A stretch of 64,000 nucleotides of DNA from Octopus vulgaris (taxonomy: Eukaryota). Position 1 is the stretch's first letter; each line of letters begins with the position of its first letter. A program made the position numbers and the translations under genes. This document shows, in pieces, positions 25,781-38,802 of this stretch. Location: contig OX597818.1 in NCBI GenBank assembly GCA_951406725.2, positions 130,076,001-130,140,000 of the forward strand. The letters run 5' to 3'. The notes beneath the pieces were generated by a model, which was given only the letters and a program-made list of their open reading frames with translations, did not search any database and was not told the origin of the DNA.

Positions 25781-25812
<32 letters not shown>

Positions 25813-25827
25813 CATATATTTATATAT

Positions 25828-26034
25828 GTAAGCGTAGGAGTGGCGGTATGGATAAGCACAGGAGTGCCTCCTGTGTGGTAAGAAGCTTGCTTCCCAACCA
25901 CATGGTTCCAGGTTCAGTCACACAGCATGGCACCTTGGGCAAATGTCTTCTACTATAGCCTCAGGCTGACCAAAGCCTTGTGAGTGGATTTGGTTGACAG
26001 AAACTGAAAGAAGCCTGTCAAATATATATATATA
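25828..26034 (+). mobile_element. SINE family A 5' half (resumes briefly after 27337)
   Basis: Interrupted in its internal (TA)n by a mariner-type element. Confidence 0.8.
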
Positions 26035-27336
26035 CAGAGTGCAGTGAAAATGTTATCTAAATTTCGCAAAAATGAAAATAACACTGGCATCTCCTTTTAA
26101 CAGATATATTTACCAAAATTACATTAAAATATCGCGAAATACTAAAGAGTAAATTTATTCAATAAAATCGCCATCGGCCTCCAGATAACTTTGGAATTTC
26201 CTGCAAATCTTCTGGACGGTCTTCTTGTTGAAGTTGGTGAATGCTGCCATAATCTTTGCCATCAGTTCATCTTTGGTGTTGCAAGGAGTTTTGTTGGTCT
26301 CTCACTCAACTGCACCCCATACATAATAATCAAGGAGGTTGCAGTGTGGGAAGTTAGGTGGCCTGATGTTAGGGGTGATGTGGTTGCAGAAATTGTCTGA
26401 CAATCATGACTGGGTTCTCCTGCTTGTGTGGCATGGTGCAGAGTCCTGTTGCCAGACATAGGGTCTTCCAGAAGCCACAGTCAAACCAATTCTACTATAT
26501 GGCTCAGAAACCTGGACGCTATCAAAGAAGCTTGAGAGGCGGTTGGATGGAACCTACACTCGCCTCCTTATGAGAGCTCAAAATCTCTCGTGGAAGCGCC
26601 ATCCAACCAAAAAGCAAATATATGGGAAACTACCACCTGTGTCATCTCTCGTGAAAGGTAGGAGAGTCCAGTTTGCTGGACATTGTTGTAGAGCTGAAAA
26701 AGAAGTAATTTCTACTCTTCTCCTCTGGAAGCCATCTACTCACAATACCAGAGGGCGCACACTCTCCTACCCAGATGTAATCTCCAGGGATACAGGCATC
26801 TAGCAACAGGACCTCCGTAATGCCATGATGGACCGTGAAGTCTGGCGTAGCATGGTAAATTCCATTGTCTCAACCACGGTCGAACAATGATGATGATGAT
26901 GATGAGAAGCCACTCACTTGACCCAGAGCAACACAACCTCCTCCAGGCTCTTGATGTAGGCTGCCGTGTTGAGTGTGAGGCTGTGTGAGAAGATGAATGG
27001 AGGCATAACGTTGCCATCACTTGTGATCACTCCAAACACCATCATGTTTACTGGATGTTTGATTTTTACCACTCTCTGTACGTGTTCTCTGATTGCACTG
27101 CCCTTAGATTGACATCCAAATGCTCTGAAATGAGCTTCGGGGATGGGGGATGCCAAGCAGTACAGCATGTCATTTCCAAATTTGTGGCAGAGTGAATTGT
27201 ATCACGGTGCTGTTTTTCTCATAGATGGTGCCCAGTTGACCCTACTATACTTGTGTAGTTGACAAAGTCAAAAACAATCAATGTACATGTGGGGAAAAAA
27301 AATGCAAAATGGTGATAATTTACCCATCACACTCTG
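26035..27336 (-). mobile_element. Tc1/mariner DD37D (maT-like) transposon, internally deleted and decayed
   Basis: TA|CAGAGTG ... CACTCTG|TA ends. Minus-strand peptides MMVFGVITSDG.., YVWQQDSAPCHT..PPNFPHCNLLDYYVWGAVE..DGDFIE*, with 37 residues between the 2nd and 3rd D. Confidence 0.85.
26479..26904 (+). mobile_element. 5'-truncated RTE-type LINE inserted in the transposase
   Basis: ILLYGSETWTLSKKLERRLDGTYTRLLMRAQN..FAGHC. (TGA)n tail. TSD AGAAGCCAC at 26470-26478 and 26905-26913. Confidence 0.9.
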
Positions 27337-29169
27337 TATATATATGTATGTATGTATTTGTGTGTCTGTGTTAGTCCCTGAAAGAATGAGATATACATAC
27401 ATACACACACACACACACATATATATATATACTTCGTTTTTGTATATAGTTTTATGTATTCAAGTAAATATCAACATCCTTTGTTGCTTTGTAATAGGGA
27501 TGAGTTCTCAATGCTGACAAATGTAGAGTAAAGTAGTTTATTTAAGCTGGTTCTGTGGCCTACTAATCTGGACTTGCCTATGTATAAATGAGTGTATGCT
27601 GATGTGTGTATTATTGTATTGACCAAACTATCAGATGTTGTACACTGCAGGTCACCATGCGCTTTCTTTCATTGTTGTAGCTTCCAAATATCACCCCACT
27701 GGCTTGGTGGGTAGACCAGTACACACACACACACACACAATATATGTATGTGTATCTATAATAATGAACTTAACCACTGCTAAACACCTTCTTCTCCCTC
27801 CCTATCCTTACATCTATCACCTTAACTCTTCCTTTGTGTACCACTATCTTTCTAATTTATAGAACCTAAATAAATTCCTAAACAATATTTTCCTTAAAGT
27901 TCTTGCCTAGTTCTTCTGATGAGGATAACCTAACTTAACTGTATGGAGTTAACAAAACCCATGCTAGTTGATACTTTTTCTTGGCTTTTATGCACACCAA
28001 CAAAATTAACTCAATATTGGACTTCCTTGCATGTTTATGTCCCTGTAACTAAGTGCTTTGTTAAAAGAGGCCAATAAAATAAATACCAGGATTAAGAAAA
28101 ATTAAGTGCTGGGGGTTGGTTCATTTGACTAAAAATTCTTCAAGGTGGTGTCCCAGTATGGCTGCAGTCTAATGACTGAAACCAGTAAAAGATAAAAGCT
28201 GGTTTATGTATATGTAATATATGCATACAGTACAGGCATGACTGAGTGGTTAAGAAATTTACTTCACAAATATAGAGTCTCGGGTTTGAACACGTCTCCA
28301 ATCCACCTTACTGCATAGTATTTTGGGCTCATCTCTTCAACAATAGCATTAGATCCCTGTGAGTCCTGTGAGTGAAACAGCTGTTATACTCAGTCTTGCA
28401 ACACAGACAATCCTACTTTACTTAGTGTACATATTTCTAGTGCATTGCGCAATGGCTAAGAAGGTTGCTTCATAACCATGAGGTCCTGTGTTTGATCTCC
28501 CCATGTGGAATCTTGGGCAAATATAATTTTCTAGAGGCTCAGCTTGACTCATAACTAGTGATATAAATCGGGTAGATGGAAACTGTACAGAAACCTGTCA
28601 AGTGGCTTGTACCCGTAATTCCACTGATTCTGCCCGAGAATTGTGATAAGGAGACACATCTCTGTGGAATACTCAGTTTATTCAGAAGCAGGTAATTCAG
28701 GTGTTTAAGCAACTGAATCCTCATAATCAAACGATGAGAATTCCAGCACCATATTTTTAATGTAGAGGTCATGACTCTATAAGTGAAAGAATAATCATGA
28801 AACAATATTAATGTCTAAGTCTGGCAAAAAGCCATAAATTTCTAAGGAAAGTGGATTATGATAACTTGAATCAATGCCTGTACATGACTGGTACTACTTT
28901 AAAATGACCTCTGGTGGGTGGGTGGCTGGGGGGATTGTAAAATGAAATCAGCCTCGGCATGATTCCAATCCAGAAAGGGATGTAACTAAATATGCTAACA
29001 CTCTTAGTCCAGAAGTCCACCACTCTACCACTCTCAATTACCATTAATATTAAAAAGCAAAAATCCTAATCTATAATTTCACTAAAAGACAGATCAAATG
29101 AAATGGAACCAACTGAGTAAAAAGAGAAAGAAAAAACACCCCAAAACAAAACAGAAAAATATGATGAAC

Positions 29170-29223
<54 letters not shown>

Positions 29224-30232
29224 GTAATAATAATAATAATAATGATAATAATAATAAACTCTATTGATGGAACAGTAGTAACATGATGTAATTATCAATG
29301 CAATATCATTTGACTGATTGACAAAACCTTTCTTGCCAATAATCTTTAACCTCTGCTTCATTGGCATATTTTGCACCATTTCTCCTCTCTCACTCTCTCT
29401 CTGCTTATTCTATCTCAACTGTAAAAGACTTGGCACTGCTGAGCTTTGTAACTGTACTCCAACTCCACTCAAAACACTATCTGCACCCATCTCATGTTCC
29501 CCACTGCTCCTCATACATTAGCATTTTCATTACATCATCTTCCCACCAATATCACCAAAACAATATGAAGTCTTTCTTCAGCCCCTGAACTATACTACTC
29601 TAGAAATCCATCAATATTTTCAATAGGGTTTTCATTATTATTATTATCATTATGATTATAATAATGATAATTATTATTGTTGTTGTTTTTATAATTTTGA
29701 GGGAGGGCAATTCTTTTTTTATTTTTCCCACTAACCTTCAGCTTTTTAAAACTAAATCATCCTAAAAAGATGGCTGGAATGCTTTTGATCACAAGCTATT
29801 CAATCAGGAATGACTATGGGTCTAAACAATAACGACTACTCTATCAATATCCCCAGCATTACTCTGTTCCAGGTGGTTATGAGTCAAATCTTCAGCAAAT
29901 AACATATGAGGAAAAAACAAAAACAAAACTAAACATAAAATCTGTTTTGTATTAAAATTACTTATCTCCATGACTATCTACAAAAATAAGAAAGATGGGG
30001 TACCAGAAATATAATAGTACCCCAACTATATAACACTTAAAACATTTTTGAAAATATGACCTATAAGCACCTATATGACCATTGCAGAATAGTTAAAAAG
30101 TTTGTTGTGCAACCATATGGTTCCAGTTTTCAGTCCCATTGTGTGACACCTTAGTTAAATTTCTTTCACCTTATTCTGGCTTGACCAGCACCTTGCAAGT
30201 GGAATTTGATAACGTGGGAACTCTAAAAAATA

Positions 30233-30806
30233 CCTATTTCTTTATTACCCACAAGGGGCTACACACAGAGGGGACAAACAAAGACAGACATAGGTACTAA
30301 GTCGATTACATCGACCCCAGTACGTAAGTGGTACTTAATTTATCAACCCCGAAAGGATGAAAGGCAAAGTCGACCTCGGCAGAATTTGAACTCACAACGT
30401 AACGGCAGACGAAATACCTATTTCTTTATTACCCACAAGGGGCTAAACACAGAGGGGACAAACAAAGACAGACATAGATACTAAGTCGATTACATCGACC
30501 CCAGCGCGTAACTGGTACTTAATTTATCGACCCCGAAAGGATGAAAGGCAAAGCCGACCTTGGCAGAATTTGAACTCACAATGTAAAGGCAGACGAAATA
30601 CCTATTTCTTTACTACCCACAAGGGGCTAAACACAGAGAGGACAAAGAAGGACAGACAAACGGATTAAGTCGATTATATCGACCCCAATGCGTAACTGGT
30701 ACTTATTTAATCGACCCCGAAAGGATGAAAGGCAAAGTCGACCTCGGCAGAATTTGAACTCACAACGTAGCGGCAGACGAAATACCGCTAAGCATTTCGC
30801 CCAGTG
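30233..30806 (-). mobile_element. head-to-tail trimer of SINE family B (184 bp period)
   Basis: CCTATTTCTTTA recurs at 30233, 30417 and 30601. Only the last unit continues into the SINE head. Confidence 0.9.
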
Positions 30807-31060
30807 TGTAGTATGGTTGTGTGATTAAGACATTTGCTTTGAAGCCACATGGTTTTGAGTTCAGTTCTTTGTGCAACACTTTAGTCAAGTGTCTTTTCTT
30901 ATACGTCTGGAAAGAATGTATGGTCTTAGGTCTCCTCAGTCAGAGCTAACTTCAGGCTAAAAACAGCAACAACTGCAACAGGATCAATAAAGCAGTAATA
31001 ATGGTCATTGCCTCAGTGTGTTTGTGTTCATGTGCCTTATACATACACTAGTGGCTATCT

Positions 31061-31428
31061 TGTGGAGGCGCAATGGCCCAGTGGTTAGGACAGCGGACTC
31101 ACGGTCACAGGATCGCAGTTTCGATTCCCAGACCGGGCGTTGTGAGTGTTTATTGAGCGAAAACACCTAAAAAAGCTCCACGAGGCTCTGGCAGGGGATG
31201 GTGGTGATCCCTGCTGTACTCTTTCACCACAACTTTCTCTCACTCTTACTTCCTGTTTCTGTTGTACCTGTATTTCAAAGGGCCGGCCTTGTCACTCTCT
31301 GTGTCACGTTAAGGGTACACGTGTCTGTGGAGTGCTCAGCCACTTACACGTTAATTTCACGAGCAGGCTGTTCCGTTGATTCGGATCAACCGGAACCCTC
31401 GTCGTCGTAACCGACGGAGTGCTTCCCC
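31061..31428 (+). mobile_element. SINE family C1, full-length
   Basis: TSD AGTGGCTATCT at 31050-31060 and 31429-31439. Confidence 0.93.
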
Positions 31429-31613
31429 AGTGGCTATCTGAAGAAGAATTAATTTTGACGTAAAGCCACAACTAATAAATTGTAAATGACTTTATAGCAA
31501 TTTTGTTTGATATTTCTTCCTGTTCTTATGTGTGTGAAATAATGTGTGCTTGGATGTATTTATTTTTCTTCATGTAATATATGTCCACATTAATATATGC
31601 TGAGCAGTTGTAT

Positions 31614-31664
<51 letters not shown>

Positions 31665-31791
31665 TGAGGGGGAGAAAGAAGAAGAAGAAGAGACTAAGGA
31701 TGGATGGATACATGGAAAAAGTTATCTGTGTATGTACATGCAAAAGAGAGAGAGAGAGAGAGAAAAAAACAGAGTGATAATGATAGAAGGT

Positions 31792-31827
<36 letters not shown>

Positions 31828-32176
31828 GAGATCATGTGTGAAAATGAAAGAAAATCACTTTTTCAGTGTGTTTGTGTTTTTTTTGTGTGGTTCAAGTAAA
31901 TGAGTCCTTTTAGGTGAGGAGGAAGTTGATGTATGGTAAAAAGAAGAAAAAAAGAACGATGCATTTTGCGTTGGTTAGTGGATGAAAGGGGTCAGTTAGA
32001 TAGATGTAGTCATTCATAGAACAAGAAAAAGAAATAGAAAGTATTAAGAAAGTGGAAAAGAAATGCAAAGGGGGGGGGGCGAAGAGGGAGTAGACGAGAG
32101 AAAAAAAGAAGGAATGAATATAATGATTTTATTTGTGATATGATACATGATGAGAAATATGTATCTTTCTATATCT

Positions 32177-32227
<51 letters not shown>

Positions 32228-32502
32228 GACAAAAACAAACAGAGTACAGGAAAGGACAGTGATAGATATGAATTCAGAGATAGAAAGAGAGAGGAGCTTA
32301 AATAGATCTGGGGAAAAGATAAAGAAGATGTGAAAGAAAACAAGAGAAAGGTAGAGCAATGAAAGAAAATCCAGGGAAAGTAAAATTAAAACGAAACTGA
32401 TGCAAAATTGATTTCTTGAGAAAGTATGGAAGAGAAAATGGAAAGTTGCAACATTTGTTTTTGTTTTGTTTTTGTTTTTTGCTGTACGTTTATTCGTAAC
32501 AC

Positions 32503-32903
32503 TCTCTTTACTCTTTTACTTGTTTCAGTCATTTGACTGCGGCCATGCTGGAGCACCGCCTTTAGTCGAGCAAATCAACCCCGGGACTTATTCTTTGTAA
32601 GCCCAGTACTTATTCAATCGGTCTCTTTTGCTGAACCGCTAAGTGACGGGGACATAAACACACCAGCATCGGTTGTCAAGCAATGCTAGGGGGACAAACA
32701 CAGACACACACACGCATATATATATATATACATATATACGACGGGCTTCTTTTAGTTTCCGTCTACCAAATCCACTCACAAGGCATTGGTCGGCCCGGGG
32801 CTATAGCAGAAGACACTTGCCCAAGATGCCACGCAGTGGGACTGAACCTGGAACCATGTGGTTGGTCAGCAAGCTACTTACCACACAGCCACCCCTGCGC
32901 CTA
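32503..32903 (-). mobile_element. SINE family A, full-length
   Basis: Reverse complement of the family A consensus. Confidence 0.92.
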
Positions 32904-33039
32904 TACTGATGTATGTTTATTAGTAACACTGTTTCAAATAGGATCAAAACTTGTTAGCAGAATCTATATGCCAGAAAACTAGGCACCACTTTGAACCTAA
33001 TTAGCAAAGTTTTATATGTATAGTACACACACACACACA

Positions 33040-33176
33040 TGGTAAGAAGCTGCTTCCCAACTACAAGGTTCTAGGTTCAGTCCCATTGCATGGCACCTTG
33101 GGCAAGTGTCTACTACTATAGATTCAGGCCGACCAAAGCTTTGTGAACAGATTTGGTAGACAGAAACTCAGTGCAT

Positions 33177-33214
<38 letters not shown>

Positions 33215-33830
33215 ATATGTGTGTGCATATGTGTGTGTGTGTGTGTAATTATGTGTGTGTCTTTGCGTCTGTGTTTGTCCCCCACTACCATCGCTTGACA
33301 ATCGAAGGTGGTGTGTTTATGTCCGTGTAACTTAGTGGTTTGGCCAAAGAGACCAATAGAATAAATACTAGGCTTACAAAATATAAGTCTTGGGGTCAAT
33401 TTCTTTCACCAAAATATCCTTTAAGGCAGTGCTGGTGCATCCAGTCCATACTGTAAAGTGGTTGGTGTTTGGAAGGGCATCCATTTGTTAAAAAACCATG
33501 CCAAAACAGGCTTCTCTGTTGCTGGTGTCACATAAAAAGCATTCAATCCACTATGAAAGGTGGTTGGTGTTAGGAAGGGAATCCAGCCATAAAATGTATA
33601 TACATATATTCTGCACATGTCTGTACCTCTGCATCCCCACCACCACTGCTTGACTACCAGTGTTGGTTTGTTTATGTCCCTATAGCTTAGTTGTTTAGCA
33701 AAAGAGACTAAATGAAGAAAATAAGTACCAGACTTAAAAATAAGTTCTGGGATAGATCTGTTAAACCAAAACCATTCAAGTAGATGTTCCAGCATGGCCA
33801 TAGTTGAATGACTGAAACAAGTAAAAGACA
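33040..33830 (+). mobile_element. older SINE family A pieces with an RTE-tail fragment between them
   Basis: Head at 33040, tails at ~33430 and ~33828; GGAAGGGCATCCA motifs at 33471 and 33572. Confidence 0.7.
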
Positions 33831-33900
33831 TTTACTTATCCTATAACAATTCACACAGTGCACAATTTAGTATTTAATAAATACTAATATTATGTAAATT

Positions 33901-34205
33901 GTGGAGGCGCAATGGCCTAGTGGTTATGGCAGCGGACTCGCCGTCGTAGGATCACGGTTTTGATTCCCAAACCGGGCGTTGTGAGTGTTTATTGAGCAAA
34001 ACACCTAAAGCTCCACGAGGCTCTGGCAGGGGGTGGTGGCGATCCTTCCTGTACTCTTTCGCCACAACTTTCTCTCACTCTTTCTTCTGCTGGCCTGCTC
34101 GCTTAGCCAGTGGGGTGGTGTCATTTGAAGGCTAAAACAATGCGCATTGTGACCAGCGATGTGTAGCAACATCTGATAGCCTGGTCGGTCATGGTGATCA
34201 CGGTG
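33901..34205 (+). mobile_element. SINE family C2, full-length
   Basis: TSD ATTATGTAAATT at 33889-33900 and 34206-34217. Confidence 0.92.
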
Positions 34206-34313
34206 ATTATGTAAATTAAGATTTCCTGTTGACTGATACTTCCACATTTCAAGGGCCTTTAAGCCATTTGCTATATGTATTTCTATGTAGACAGAAACAG
34301 GTGTTCACATTTG

Positions 34314-34353
34314 CTGAAGAAGACTTCAAAGGGTGTTGAAACATAGGTCAGGT
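34314..34353 (+). ncRNA. decayed hammerhead-like motif
   Basis: CTGAAGA-A-GAC..GTT-GAAAC-ATAG-GTC; stem I is poor. Confidence 0.45.
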
Positions 34354-34535
34354 CATTCCCTCTCTGGCTACAAACACATACATAAAATAGACATGTGTTT
34401 ACTTATATGTTTTTTATTACATATTTACAGACACCTTCACTTAAGCCTCGTATTGTTTTTATATACATATAAATTCACTGCATAACTTAACTGTCTCGTC
34501 CATAGAATAGTATTGAAGACATGTACATACTGTAG

Positions 34536-35154
34536 TCTTTTTACTCTTTTACTTGTTTCAGTCATTTGACTGTGGACATGCTGGAGCATCGCCTTTAGTC
34601 GAGCAAATCGACCCCAGGACTTATTCTTTGTAAGCCCAGTATTTATTCTATCGGTCTCTTTTGCCGAACCGCTAAGTGATGGGGACATAAACACACCAGC
34701 ATCGGTTGTCAAGCAATGCTAGGGGGACAAACACAGACACACAAACATATACACACATATACATATACATATATATACATATATACGACAGGCTCATCCT
34801 CGCAATTTCAGCTGAATAATCTTGAGATTGCTCCGTTCTGGCCAGCTCCAAGGAAAAACTAAGCTATGAGCATTAGATTTCTTGGAAAAAGAATTGAATG
34901 TATACGAAACAAGGACAGAAAAACGGACGATGTTACATGAATATAAATACAAAAAAACAAAAAATAATACGAATATAAATACAAAAAAACAATAATAATA
35001 GTAATAACAGGACATAACAACAGGCGTCTTTCGACTTAGACGAATTGAACTCAGCTGGCATATAGTAGAAGACACTTGCTCAAGGTATCATGCAATGGGA
35101 GTGAACCCAGAACCATGACGTTAGAAAGCAAACTTCTTACCACACACCTGTGCC

Positions 35155-35156
<2 letters not shown>
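34536..35156 (-). mobile_element. SINE family A split by an H2 module (34794-35060)
   Basis: 3' half at 34536-34793, 5' part at 35062-35156. Confidence 0.75.
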
Positions 35157-35187
<31 letters not shown>

Positions 35188-35228
35188 AGCATAAAGGTGT
35201 CAGATCTTGTTTATACGTGGTTGTAGAT

Positions 35229-35543
35229 ATTTAAGGAAGAAAAATATGTAAAAATACACAGCAGATTTGTATTATAAAATTTATGCTAATATTAATATCA
35301 TAATGAAACAGTGAATTGTATTACATTACATAATAAACTGGGAGTACCAGTTTCATGCTTTATGCTTATCAAACTTCCACAGTCTCAGATTTAACTTATG
35401 GGAACGCCATTTTCGTTGTTCCTTTGAGTTGAATCTGAGACTTTGGAAGTTGTAATACAACTCTTTGTTTCATTATGATATCAATATCAGCATAAATTTT
35501 ATTACACAAATCTGTGCGTTTTTACATATTTTCCTTCTTAAAT
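35229..35543. repeat. ~315 bp imperfect palindrome with decayed HHR core at 35341-35373 (minus)
   Basis: Outer arms ATAAAATTTATGCT..ATCATAATGAAACA / TGTTTCATTATGAT..AGCATAAATTTTAT; inner arms AGTCTCAGATT / AATCTGAGACT. Minus strand TTGATAA-GCAT..AT-GAAAC-TG-GTA. Confidence 0.85.
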
Positions 35544-35850
35544 ATATAGATATATATATCTTGTAGTATAGTTTATATATAAGTACATACCACAATATAT
35601 ATCTTGCAGTATAAGTATATATATGTATGTATATCTCATAGAAAGAGAGATAACAAAGGAATCAATGACTATCTTCATTTATTCCTTTGTCATCTTTCTT
35701 TTTTATTACCACTGTATACTCAGCCAGCACTTTGTTCTGAAACATATATATATATATTGAGTTCTACACCAGATTATTGGTCTTGCTAAGCCTAAGTGAA
35801 ATATGAAAACATATATGTTACAGTATAGGAATATATATATTGTAGTATAG

Positions 35851-35891
<41 letters not shown>

Positions 35892-35951
35892 AATAGTAAT
35901 GCAATACGAGAGTATAGCTTTCCAGTAAAGGATAGCCCGTGAGGGTAAAAT

Positions 35952-36157
<206 letters not shown>

Positions 36158-38259
36158 TGGTATAAGTATTTCTATATATCTATTTCTATATGAAAATATA
36201 TAATAATACATATATAGCTATTTATTGCATGTGTGCATGCCCAGAAACTTCTATCTATCTTTCAATCTATTGTCTTATATGTACCTATATGTGGATGTGC
36301 CCCATTGCACAAGAATACGTGTGTTAAACCAAGCGAATATTATAACTTGTTCAACAATAAATCTGATATATACAATGATTCCATAACAATAAACAGGAAC
36401 TACAGCCAGTCAACTTTATTACAGTTGTACTGCTCTGCTTTTCTGCTCTATAGGAATATAATGAAAGGGTGCAGAAATGTTCTACGTGAGTAAAAGTAAT
36501 GCTCAAAGCATCAGTTCTTTCTAATTCTGTAATCTGTATAATGATATAAACTCGGGGATTGAATGTTAAAGTGGGTTTCTGTTAAACTAATTAAACAGGA
36601 AATTATCATAACATTTCAATAGTTAAGAAAATGAGAAGAAAAAAAAAAAACATAATCTGGTATGCTTTTAAAGATGGAAGATGACAAGGATGGGGGTGGG
36701 GGTCAATGACTTAGTCGAATTTTAAATGCTGAATATATGATGCAATTGTAAAAAGTACTGCCGTAATCTCTTTCAGCCAATGAATGTAGAACTATGCAAA
36801 TCATTTGGCATGTAAACAGACCTGCCAAACCTTCCTATGAATAAATAAATTCTTACTGTCTAAAATACTGGAACAACATGATCCATTGGAAGACCTAAGC
36901 CAGGATAACATGAACTAGCACACAAGGAATGGTTGCAGATGAAATGCTGCTGACCAAATGATAAACATCACTGCCAACCACTACCACTACCACCACCACC
37001 ACCAAAAACAACAACAGCAACAACATCAACTAGCACAACAACACCAAACTAGCTGGATTTAAAGCAAGGATGATGATGGCTATATATAGAGAGCCAGTCT
37101 GGTATGCCAATAAATCTCTGAGCCGTCAGTGTCTGTTGCAGTCATAACCATTTAGTACTGACGATGACAACTCATTCAGGGCTGTCTTTTCACCAATTAA
37201 ACTTTTACTACTGCATTATAGCTAGCAATCTAGCGATCTATTGGAGACCTACTGGTCTTCTTCAGTTACCTTGCTAATCGCAATATCGATAACAGAGCAA
37301 AATTAAATCAGGTTTCAATGGGTTGAAGGATTCACCTGTTTTTTCTTTTTTCTTTTTTCTTTCATATTTGTCTTTCTCATTTGTTACAGTTTTTGTTGGT
37401 GTTGTAGTTATTGTATTAGTAGAGGTTCTTATTATTGTTATTGTTGGAATTGTCCTGTCTGTTGTTTCTGCTGCTTGGTATTGTTGTTGTTGTTGCTGTT
37501 GCTTTATTTGATCTTTATTTCATTTCTTCGTAATTGAATTTGCATAAATTTGAATGTATAAATAGTTTGATATCAGAGCTAACACTAAATCGTGGTGTGT
37601 ATGTCAACGCAGCTAGAGTTTATTATCTCACTAGTGCCATGCTGACTGATAAGCTATTTTCTCCAACCAATTTACATGCTGCAGAATTTAGACAGAAAAA
37701 AAAAATGAAAAAAAAAAAAAGAAACGAAAACAAAAAAAAATGAAATAGATAAATACAAATTTCAATTAAATAAATAAATAAATATATGTAAAATAAATAA
37801 ATAAAAAATTATTTTATTTATTCTTTGAGTCTTTATTGAAATTTCAAAACACTCCTACAACTGCCCCTATCACCACATCTTTCCTTCGTTCTTATTCTTC
37901 TATATCCAACTCTTCTCATTTCATTTCCAATCGCTTGCCTTTTAATCTATCAATTCCATTTTTTTTTAATGTTTTTGTTTCTGCTTCTATTCTTATTGTT
38001 TTTTTCTTTTCAAATATTTTCTCTCTCATTTTCTCCACCCACGCCCACCTACTTCGGCATGTTTAGATTACAGTTCAAGAATTAGTTTCAGCCTATCTTG
38101 ATGGTATATGTGAATAAAAATTAATGCCATTGCATTTTTGTTAATTTAGTTGTTGTTTTGTTATATTGTTGCATTGTCTTTTTTTTATATGTTTATTTAT
38201 TTGTTTATATGTTTATTTATAGATGTTATTATTTGGTTTTGTCTTGTATTCTTTTACAG

Positions 38260-38304
38260 AACTTGGAGAGATTTGTCATGGAGTCTGCAGGAAAAGTGCG
38301 GTAA
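38260..38304 (+). CDS. candidate exon (41 nt to donor GTAAGC at 38301; phase 0 read-through NLERFVMESAGKVR*)
   Basis: Strong acceptor TTGTATTCTTTTACAG and consensus donor CG|GTAAG in a SINE-poor region. All three frames are open within the 41 nt. Confidence 0.5.
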   Translation, partial: NLERFVMESAGKVR

Positions 38305-38556
38305 GCAATGGCTTGGTTGGACGAATTAGCAATTTGAAAGATAGTCTGCACTACAAACGGACACAGATGTAATGAAATATTGAGTACATGGTGTTGAATT
38401 AAATAATCAGGCAGTTTTTTTTTTTAATTGCCGACAAGATGTAGTTCAGCTGACAGCAATGAAATTCTCTAAGTGAAGGACACAGAACTTCTTGTTTTAT
38501 ATTTTTACTTTAAAACATTTTTTGAATTCAATATTTACTAGAGTAAGCACCTAGAT

Positions 38557-38802
38557 CAGTGTTTCTCAACTATTTTTGGCCTGTGAGCCCCTTTGATTCC
38601 TATTTTACCTGGGTGAACCTTCATAGCCATTCAATGTTAAAAAATATTCTATTATATTTTTATAATTAAATATTATTAGGAATTGTATAAATAAAATTGC
38701 TAAAATATTTTTTGTATTGCAGATTTATAACTGATTTATTGAAAACAATAAAACCTTATATGAACCCTCAAAGGCCATATAGATCCTGGTTAAGAACCAC
38801 TG
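38557..38802. mobile_element. hAT (Charlie-like) MITE
   Basis: TIRs CAGTGTTTCTCAAC / GTTAAGAACCACTG. 8 bp TSD ACCTAGAT at 38549-38556 and 38803-38810. Confidence 0.9.

Noticed and set aside
31061-31140. tRNA gene
   Set aside because: tRNA-like SINE head continuing into a SINE body with a TSD.
37070-37124. C/D box snoRNA (ATGATGA..CTGA)
   Set aside because: Only ~52 nt, weak terminal stem, and the C box lies in a GAT repeat.
37642-37656. minus-strand TAGCTTATCAG resembling miR-21
   Set aside because: Only an 11 nt match, no convincing hairpin, and the family is vertebrate.
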